From the NCBI GenBank assembly GCA_963779615.1, contig CAVZZA010000003.1, forward strand, positions 480,001-544,000: DNA of 64,000 nucleotides, written 5' to 3'. Position 1 is the stretch's first letter. Every line of letters begins with the position of its first letter. The notes beneath the pieces are model-generated. The model had not been told where the DNA came from and ran no database searches. It saw nothing but the letters and a program-made list of their open reading frames with translations. The stretch comes from an uncultured Nitrososphaeraceae archaeon. GTDB lineage: Archaea > Thermoproteota > Nitrososphaeria > Nitrososphaerales > Nitrososphaeraceae. Shown here piece by piece: positions 55,789 through 64,000 of this stretch. The translations under genes were made by a program, and so were the position numbers.

Positions 55789-56855
55789 TAGATCTCTTGC
55801 GTAATTGCCACTAAACAGCTTTATGACCATCAGTTTCTCATTAACCTGTACTTTCTTTGCTCTCGTATCACAGTTTATCCAGAAAACCATTGCTTTTCAA
55901 GTCATTCCCCGATCTGACGGTAAAGGAGTTTGATGAAATTTATGATAAGGGGATTGCAAAAAGACACGGCAAGCATGAGATCGTGTTTATCCAAAAGAAA
56001 AGATATTATAGAAAGAAGGCTCGGTGCAGGCAGACATTTCAAACGGGATGTCAAAAACAGGTTTCTGACGCTTTTGGTCTGCTACTGCCGTCTTTACATG
56101 ACCTACACGTTGGCTGGTTTTTTGTTTGACTTGTATCATAGTAACATCTGCAGGGATGTATAGAAGATTCAACCGCTGGTTCGAGTGTGTGCCAATTCCA
56201 CAAAAGATGCACAAAATAACCAAAAGGCTGCGCACACCAGAAGAAGTTGAAAAGCATTTCCAAGGCTTTCTGCCTTTCACCTATTGGACAGAACAACAGA
56301 TGCCACGGCCTGAAAACAGGAGAAGAAAAAAGATGTGTTATTCTGGAAAGAAGAAGAAAAGGATGTTGTAAAGACACAGCTTATGGTTAACAACCAAGGC
56401 ATCATTATTCATAAAACAGGCCATAAGAAAGGAGGGATGCATTATTATAATATTTGCAGATATAAAACGAATCATCCTGTAACTCCCCAAAAAAATTGCA
56501 AATGTTAACGTGTTTAACCTTGGTTAAATCGGAGTTGAGAAAGAATTTCCTGAACAAAGATCATCTATACCAAACAAAAAATAAGAGAAACCAAAAAGAT
56601 CTGTCTCAAGAAGAAAAAGAATACAATCAACACCATTCTAGGAAGAGGATAGTGATAGAGCAAGTCATTTGCAGAATGAAAAAGTACAGGATAATTATTG
56701 AGGATGTTTTCCGAAAAAGGCTCAAAAAGTATGATAGGGAATAAGATATAGTATCAGGACTGGTAACTATAGAATTATGAAGCGCCTTTATTAGATGGCA
56801 AATGCAAATGTCATCCGGAACGGTATTTTGGATTTCTAATTATGCAAGAGGTCTA
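55789..56855 (+). mobile_element. decayed IS5-family (DDE_Tnp_4-type) element
   Basis: IRs TAGATCTCTTGCGTAATT and AATTATGCAAGAGGTCTA; fragments FKSF..LTVKEF, YSGKKK and RIVIEQVICRMKKYRI in several frames. Confidence 0.85.
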
Positions 56856-57009
56856 CGATAGGACATACTTTGACTATGCAGCTAACTAAATATTCCCATT
56901 TGTATTATTTATCATAATAACCAAGAATTTAATATGTATTGAACAATCAATAAATCATTCAAAAATAACTACTATTAGTTTTCATTTACTAACAATCATA
57001 TTAACATAC

Positions 57010-58203
57010 TCACTTATTCTCCCTTAAGAAAAAGGAAAAAATTTTTTTAAAGTTGAGAGATAGAAACATCTTTACAATGTTTAAAAACGAAAATTCCAGA
57101 TTCAATTCTTTACGCGATTTTGTGCCAAAAATTGTTGGCGAATTTTTTAGATAGGGAACATATTCCCATTTCCACAAGTCATGATTATTATCACTTCCCG
57201 ACATTGCGTGATTAGAGGTATTTATAAAAATAACGGGATTAAAATAATTAGATGATAAATATTTTATGTTTCTGTGAAGCGCAGGATGGGGATCGAAATG
57301 GGCAGAATCATATTCTATCTCAAAGTCTTTAGAAAAAATGTTCTCAAAAACAAAATGTTTGTTGTTTTTATTGGGTTGTTGATCATCCATACAAATTTTC
57401 AAAGTTTCTATATCAGCAACCCTGTGGTACATCAGTAATCTAAGTTTCTCATATGCAAAATTTAAGATCTTGTGTCGCCTTAACACTTCATTGTTAAAAA
57501 TAATGGATACTTCCCAAATATTCGGCCCTGTATGTGCACAATGAATTTGTCGAACATAGTTTTTTAAAGAATCCAGTGCAGGCTGATATATTACAGGAAT
57601 AACAGGTATTTTTTTTTGTGTAATTTTTTCGTTTATTTCATCTTTTGATACACCAAGATCGAATAATCCTTTTTCAAGTAATTCTGAAGAGTCAATACTC
57701 AATTTAATGTATCTATAAACTTCATAAATCCCACAGTTCTCAACGTCTTTCCCATCGTACCAATCCCAAATCCAAAATTTTCTATTACCATCACCATCAA
57801 GCTGAAAGCCAATTCTTTGTTTTTTCTTGTTTTTTTCTAATGGAATATCCAAGTTTTCTCTAACATTATAGTTATCATTAGAAAGAGCATAGTCTTCGAT
57901 TTTAATCGGATCAACACGTTTTATATCAATTCCCAACATATATCTAATACCAACAGTCATGTTTCCCCTGTATTCACTATTTTTCATTGTTGTGCTACGC
58001 AATATTATTCTAAGTTCATCTTTTGTTATTTTTCCTGCTATATCCATTGTACAGTTATCCCAATCTAATCTTACAATTTTGCCTGTCCTTTTGACTTTTT
58101 TAATGCTATAATTTTTGAGATTATTGTTATGTATCTCTTTGATCTCGTAAAAATTAACGTCATGTGTGAACCAGAATTTAACGCTTTTGGCAGTAATTAC
58201 CAT
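57010..58203 (-). CDS. hypothetical protein
   Basis: Intact 397-aa ORF; no family recognised. Confidence 0.7.
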   Translation of the reverse strand: MVITAKSVKFWFTHDVNFYEIKEIHNNNLKNYSIKKVKRTGKIVRLDWDNCTMDIAGKITKDELRIILRSTTMKNSEYRGNMTVGIRYMLGIDIKRVDPIKIEDYALSNDNYNVRENLDIPLEKNKKKQRIGFQLDGDGNRKFWIWDWYDGKDVENCGIYEVYRYIKLSIDSSELLEKGLFDLGVSKDEINEKITQKKIPVIPVIYQPALDSLKNYVRQIHCAHTGPNIWEVSIIFNNEVLRRHKILNFAYEKLRLLMYHRVADIETLKICMDDQQPNKNNKHFVFENIFSKDFEIEYDSAHFDPHPALHRNIKYLSSNYFNPVIFINTSNHAMSGSDNNHDLWKWEYVPYLKNSPTIFGTKSRKELNLEFSFLNIVKMFLSLNFKKIFSFFLRENK

Positions 58204-58499
58204 AAATCATTTACAAAAACCAATTGTAAAAGGTTTGCTATTTTCACATGACAATAAACCCCATTTCTGCAGGTATTTGTCAAATGCAAATACTTGAAAA
58301 TAAATTTGATATTTTTGCAAATTATTTAATGACCTGTAGAGTAAAAATCAGTTGGTTAAGAAACCCATTATAGAAAAATATTTCTTAACTTGGTAATAAT
58401 GCAATTTATTCTGTCATTTGGCGAATCATACCTTTATCCTATATTTTAGACATTTATACCCCAAGTTTAACTATAGGCAAACATTAATGCGGAACATGA

Positions 58500-59100
58500 T
58501 AATGATTCTGAACAATTTACATAAAAATAACCGCTCAGTGCACTTTAGGTGGAGCTCAATTCTTATTATGTCTAGTAATATCCGAGGCACTGTATCCAGG
58601 CTATAGCCTTTCAGAACAATTCGTAAGCGATTTAGGTGCAACATTCAATCCGGGTTGCGTGATTTATCAACCCTCTTCCATTGTTTTCAATACATCTGTC
58701 TTTTTATTGGTGGTTATTGAGTTTGATTAAATCATCTTTATCTTTCAAATCCATTATCGTCTTTTTGCAATCCTTTTATGATAGGAAGTACAGGTGCAAT
58801 TGGGGTAGGGATATTCCCTGAGACAGCAGGATTGATTCACATCATATTTGCATTTATAGCGTTTCTTTTCATGGGACTTTCTGCAATTTCTTCCTATCAT
58901 ATAGCTCCTACCCTATGTCTTACTTCTCGTTGATCTTGGGGATAATGATCTTGATAACACTCTTTTTGTCGTCCATGGGATTAACTCTCGGTTTGGGAAC
59001 TGACGGGATTGAAAGAGTCATTTTGTGTCCTAGTATTATTTGGATCATTGGCATAGGCGCATATATGCTTGGGAGGACATCATCAGCAGTTACACTATGA
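58500..59100 (+). pseudogene. DUF998-family membrane protein, disrupted
   Basis: GGAQFLLCLVISEALYPGYSLSEQFVSDLG, GVGIFPET..IHIIFA and GLGTDGIERVIL across broken frames. Confidence 0.7.
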
Positions 59101-59317
59101 TGTCAAGCGATGTATGACATTCGTAGTATTACGTAGTTATTGGTATAACAAATCATCTGTGATAAGAAAATCAATAAGGATTAAAGATTAACTTTTATTT
59201 CTATATTACCATATGCAAAAGAATCTAAAGAAATTTAGTAGTTATTATATTTTAAATATCATAACGTAGAAATATGTTAAAATTCTTTATATACTAAACT
59301 TTATTTCTAAAAATTTA

Positions 59318-59875
59318 ATGAAAAGTAATACTCATTTAATTGTTATTACTGCCAGTCTTATTACTATATTTATATTAATCGAAGTCATTAGTTTTAGTCC
59401 TTTATCCACAGCAAACCTTGACTTTGAAAAAGAGATGTTTTTGTCAGTTTGGAACAAAACTGGATTTCATTCCGAATTTGATTCATATGTAGATTCTGAA
59501 CCCTATGGATATGGTGCTTATGATGTACATCAGACAAATTTATTCAACAGAGGGGACACACTCTTGCTTTATGTGGAGCCAGCAGGCTTCAGCCACAAGC
59601 GTTTAGTTAGTGAAAAAAATGATACCTTATATTCAATGAACTTCACAGCTGATGTTTTAGTTTCCAACAATGGAGGGAAATTAATTGCAAGTAAAGAGAA
59701 TATCCCCATAAGGGAAATAGTATCTCATCATAAAAATACAGAATTGTATTTAACACTAGCAATAAATCAAACTATACCTTTCCCAACAGGCGATTACACT
59801 TTTCAGTATTTCATAACAGATCAGAACTCGGGAAAGAATTTTAAAATAGTAAAAGATGTTCGGATCAGTATCTGA
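59318..59875 (+). CDS. hypothetical secreted protein (beta-sandwich-like)
   Basis: Signal-like N-terminus; GDTLLLYVEPAGF...GDYTFQYFITD. Confidence 0.7.
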   Translation: MKSNTHLIVITASLITIFILIEVISFSPLSTANLDFEKEMFLSVWNKTGFHSEFDSYVDSEPYGYGAYDVHQTNLFNRGDTLLLYVEPAGFSHKRLVSEKNDTLYSMNFTADVLVSNNGGKLIASKENIPIREIVSHHKNTELYLTLAINQTIPFPTGDYTFQYFITDQNSGKNFKIVKDVRISI

Positions 59876-60095
59876 AAAACGTGGCATGTATAGATTGATT
59901 TTGCCACATATGCCAAACATAAGGAATTAAATCTGTTACTTGAAACATTTGATTATATAGTAACTCAAATTGCTAGTCAGACAATATATGTGGCTAATAA
60001 ATATAATTACCATATATATTATTAAGGCTGATTATTTAATGCCGTTCTGAAGTTATATAGTAGTGATCTTAACTATAACTGGTCTTGCATAAAGT

Positions 60096-61997
60096 TTGCA
60101 ATATAAAAAGATAATAATGATTTCAATAATTGCTTTATCTCTGATATGTACCCTAATATGTACATCTTTGATGGTATTCAATACTAATTTGAGATATGTT
60201 CATGGTTCAGAGTTTAATAACAATTTGCCGGAGGAACAAGGCAACGCGGCCGTCAACAATTTGCCGGAGGAACAAGGCAACGCGGCCGTCAACAATTTGC
60301 CGGAGGAACAAGGCAACGCGGCCGTCAACAATTTGCCGGAGGAACAAGGCAACGCGGCCGTCAACAATTTGCCGGAGGAACAAGGCAACGCGGCCGTCAA
60401 CAATTTGCCGGAGGAACAAGGCAACGCGGCCGTCAACAATTTGCCGGAGGAACAAGGCAACGCGGCCGTCAACAATTTGCCGGAGGAACAAGGCAACGCG
60501 GCCGTCAACAATTTGCCGGAGGAACAAGGCAACGCGGCCGTCAACAATTTGCCGGAGGAACAAGGCAACGCGGCCGTCAACAATTTGCCGGAGGAACAAG
60601 GCAACGCGGCCGTCAACAATTTGCCGGAGGAACAAGGCAACGCGGCCGTCAACAATTTGCCGGAGGAACAAGGCAACGCGGCCGTCAACAATTTGCCGGA
60701 GGAACAAGGCAACGCGGCCGTCAACAATTTGCCGGAGGAACAAGGCAACGCGGCCGTCAACAATTTGCCGGAGGAACAAGGCAACGCAACTATACCTTAT
60801 TCTACTCCTATGTATGGACCAACATTCTACTCCGGAGATTCAATGGACAGTATTGGTGAAAATGGCGCGGGTGGCGTGAATACAACATCTGGTTTTGGTG
60901 GAGGCACTGGCGCGGGTGGCGTGAATACAACATCTGGTTTTGGTGGAGGCACTGGCGCGGGTGGCGTGAATACAACATCTGGTTTTGGTGGAGGCACTGG
61001 CGCGGGTGGCGTGAATACAACATCTGGTTTTGGTGGAGGCACTGGCGCGGGTGGCGTGAATACAACATCTGGTTTTGGTGGAGGCACTGGCGCGGGTGGC
61101 GTGAATACAACATCTGGTTTTGGTGGAGGCACTGGCGCGGGTGGCGTGAATACAACATCTGGTTTTGGTGGAGGCACTGGCACTGGCGCGGGTGGAGGCA
61201 CTGGCACTGGCACTGGCACTGGCGCGGGTGGAGGCACTGGCACTGGCACTCATGGCGCGGTGAGGCACTAGCACTGCGCGGTGAGCATGGCACTGGCGCG
61301 GGTGGAGGCACTGGCGCGGGTGGAGGCACTGGCACTGGCGCGGGTGGAGGCACTGGCGCGGGTGGAGGCACTGGCACTGGCGCGGGTGGAGGCACTGGCA
61401 CTGGCGCGGGTGGAGGCACTGGCACTGGCGCGGGTGGAGGCACTGGCACTGGCGCGGGTGGAGGCACTGGCACTGGCGCGGGTGGAGGCACTGGCACTGG
61501 CGCGGGTGGAGGCACTGGCACTGGCGCGGGTGGAGGCACTGGCACTGGCGCGGGTGGAGGCACTGGCACTGGCACTGGCACTGGCACTGGCACTGGCTGG
61601 CACTGGCACTGGCGCGGGTGGAGGCACTGGCACTGGCGCGGGTGGAGGCACTGGCACTGGCGCGGGTGGAGGCACTGGCACTGGCACTGGCACTGGCACT
61701 GGCACTGGCACTGGCACTGGCGCGGGTGGAGGCACTGGCACTGGCGCGGGTGGAGGCACTGGCGCGGGTGGAGGCACTGGCACTGGCGCGGGTGGAGGAA
61801 ATGGAAATCAGTGTTTATCTAGTCAACATAGGGATGTTGCTGATAGGTGTGCTCCTGACGCATCTGCGGAACACACAAAAACTATACAGGGTAACACAGT
61901 GCTACTTGGTAACATGAGTATCATCACAGTCAAAGGCAACATTGGAATATCTTCAGGAAATATCATATCTATTAAAACCCCAATTATATTGCCATAG
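60096..61997 (+). CDS. secreted low-complexity repeat protein, probably one gene broken within the Gly/Thr tract
   Basis: Signal-like N-terminus, 16 x [12 protein letters not shown], 7 x [15 protein letters not shown], a long GT/GAGGGT tract, and a unique C-terminus in ORF 61281-61997. Confidence 0.75.
60219..60788. repeat. 36-bp perfect tandem repeat, 16 copies
   Basis: AACAATTTGCCGGAGGAACAAGGCAACGCGGCCGTC from 60219; last unit starts at 60759; no spacers. Confidence 0.97.
60864..61178. repeat. 45-bp perfect tandem repeat, 7 copies
   Basis: GGCGCGGGTGGCGTGAATACAACATCTGGTTTTGGTGGAGGCACT x7. Confidence 0.97.
61179..61798. repeat. mixed GGCACT / GGCGCGGGTGGA low-complexity repeat
   Basis: 6-, 18- and 24-bp periodic units, with corrupted units at about 61250-61290 and 61595. 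Confidence 0.95.
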
Positions 61998-62168
61998 TCT
62001 ATAGAATTACTTTTTTTCTGATTTTGCGGCATATTGAGTAATTAATTTCTGTGATGATAATTTGTTAATGCGAAAGGACTACTGCGGATATATACCACTT
62101 CAATCGAATGATATTGCATCTATATGCAATATTTTGATTTTGTCAGCCTATTCTATATGGCAATTGCA

Positions 62169-62903
62169 CTAAAACCCGACAATGTGTGATGCTAGGATAG
62201 CCTGTATAAAACCATCCTTTCTATTTTCCATATATTCTTCTAAAAAGAGCCAGCTGTTGATATAGCGGAAGGATTGGTTGTTCTGAGCCAATTCCTTGTG
62301 AACTAAAGCATTCCAATCAATACCAACATCATTGTTATTACTATGATCCTGACCTATTGGTTGTTCTTCAATGTTTTGGCAGCCATACTTCACCAGATCC
62401 GTCATATTGATGTTGTTAGGATTGTTATGTGCTAAAATCGGATCGTTAGTTATGATGTATTTTTGAATATTAAATACATGTTTTATTCTTAGGCATATTT
62501 TGTCATTATAATTGGCATCTTTTTGTGAAATCTGTGCATTAAGCTGGACAAATTCCGTTAAGACATCGGATAAGTTATTCCAATTCTGTTGGATTTGGGG
62601 GTTTGGAAAGTAGGACTGTATCTTTGAACCAATGGTTGCCTTTGACATTTCCCATTCTACAGAGGCAGATCCAAAATCCATCTGGTTCGAAAAACCTGGG
62701 ATTTGAACTAATCTGGCGGTGATGATTATGTTGGATATGGCCTTACTGATCTCACCGGCGACATCCGTCTTTAGTTCAAGCTCTTTCTGATAGTCTTGCC
62801 ATTGGCGGGTATAATAAGGGATTATGAGGCTGGAAATTATTGCCCCTATCACTAAAAGCATAAAAGGATGGGCAAGTGCCTTTGCAATTTGAGTTTTGGT
62901 CAA
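62169..62903 (-). CDS. hypothetical protein with N-terminal transmembrane helix
   Basis: HPFMLLVIGAIISSLIIPYYTRQWQ followed by a helical region. Confidence 0.7.
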   Translation of the reverse strand: MTKTQIAKALAHPFMLLVIGAIISSLIIPYYTRQWQDYQKELELKTDVAGEISKAISNIIITARLVQIPGFSNQMDFGSASVEWEMSKATIGSKIQSYFPNPQIQQNWNNLSDVLTEFVQLNAQISQKDANYNDKICLRIKHVFNIQKYIITNDPILAHNNPNNINMTDLVKYGCQNIEEQPIGQDHSNNNDVGIDWNALVHKELAQNNQSFRYINSWLFLEEYMENRKDGFIQAILASHIVGF

Positions 62904-63122
62904 AAGGATGTTTATTTTACTTTTTAACTTCTACTTATCAGTTTATGATTTGCGTTTATTTTGCTAAATGTAAAATACATGAAATAGGAGATTAAAAGTT
63001 ATTTCTATGACCTGCAAGTTATATTAAATGACTAACATGAGACATGTTTTATGTATTGACATATGAATCAGTATATTGTTTCACAAAACCCAAATTAAAA
63101 CCGATTTTCAAAATCTATGTAC

Positions 63123-64000
63123 TAGAATCTCTTGCATAATTAGAAACAGTATGCTTTATCAGTATGGCAATGACCGATGATGCCCATCTAAAAAGTTTAC
63201 AATGTTCTGTAGTTTACGAGTTCGGCTTCCATATCTGATACCTTGTCATGCTATCTCATCTTGTTGTTGAAAATGTCGCCCATTATGCTGCATTTTTTCA
63301 TTCTGCAAATGGCATGCTCTATCACTATCCTTTTTTTGGAGTGATCCTGGTTGTAAATCTTTTTACTCCTGAGCCAACCCCTTTTGGTTTCTCTTTTTTC
63401 TGTTTGGCACTGATGAATTTTGGTCAGGAAATTCTTTCTCAACCCCAAGATACCCACGGTCAAACACACGCTTACAGCTTGCTTTGGAGTGACAGGGTGA
63501 TTCTTTTTAATGTCATATTCATGCCGATGTCCTTTCACGTATTTTGTTTTGTGGATGATGACACCCTGGTTGTTAACCATGAGATGTGTCTTTACGGCGT
63601 GCCTTTTCTTCTTGCCTGAATAGTGCATCTTCTTTCGCCTCTTGTTTTCAGGTCGTGGTATCTTTGTTCCGTGCAATAGGTGAAAGATAGAAAGCAAGGA
63701 AAATGCCTTTCAGCCTCTTCTGGTGTGCGCAGCCTTTTGGTTGTTTTGTGCATCTTTTGTGGAATTGGCACGCACTTTCTTACCAGCGGCTCAGCCTTCT
63801 GCATATCCCTGCAGATGTTGCTCTGGTCCAAGTCAAGCATAAAGCCGGCCAACGGGTAGGTTGTGTAAAGGTGGTAACATGCAAAAAGCACCAGAAATCT
63901 GTTTTAACAGCCAGTTTGAAATGCCTGCCTGATGCACCCATGGATCATTACCTGCTGTCTTTTCTTTTGGATAGCCGCCTGATCTCATGCCTGCCGTGTC
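63123..64000 (-). mobile_element. second decayed IS5-family (DDE_Tnp_4-type) element, truncated by window edge
   Basis: End TAGAATCTCTTGCATAATTAGAAA matches the right IR of the 55789-56855 copy; CVPIPQKMHK..KRLRTPEE and YSGKKKRHAVK fragments. Confidence 0.85.

Noticed and set aside
58531-58543. CCGCTCAGTGCA as a fourth att copy
   Set aside because: Only 9 contiguous matches and it lies in the 5' coding region of the DUF998 pseudogene. The ~5.4 kb spacing is suggestive but chance cannot be excluded.
60219-60788. 36-bp repeat as a CRISPR array
   Set aside because: Units are head-to-tail with no spacers, lie in frame within a signal-bearing ORF, and no cas genes are present.
60196-61917. Alternative-frame and antisense ORFs ([26 protein letters not shown] repeats)
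   Set aside because: Stop-free frames created by the tandem repeats; only the frame with the signal-like leader is credible.

Overview
AT-rich archaeal chromosome segment from an ammonia-oxidising Nitrososphaeraceae member, most like Ca. Nitrosocosmicus. This is inferred from the thaumarchaeal ADP-forming 3-hydroxypropionyl-CoA synthetase, KEOPS Cgi121, PsbP-like secreted proteins and a transketolase-N/Rpe fusion. Bases 1-38.7 kb are mostly core genes: SufS/SufU, GdhA, ErpA, t6A/tRNA-modification genes, FolE, two AAA+/VWA pairs, non-oxidative pentose-phosphate genes, thioredoxin, HtrA, dUTPase, a disulfide reductase and PhoD. A dense run of frameshifts at 11.5-20.3 kb most likely reflects assembly error. 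From about 39 kb to the end the region is accessory, centred on tRNA-Ala(CGC) at 43250-43324. The most notable signal is that the 3' end of this tRNA recurs directly downstream at 48518-48544 and 53139-53152, delimiting two ~5 kb segments with no visible integrase, consistent with tandem site-specific integration. The region also holds several IS elements (two with clear 8-bp target duplications), decayed genes, a split papain-family protease, and secreted or surface proteins built from exact tandem repeats. Products are assigned from motif recognition only; no database search was run.
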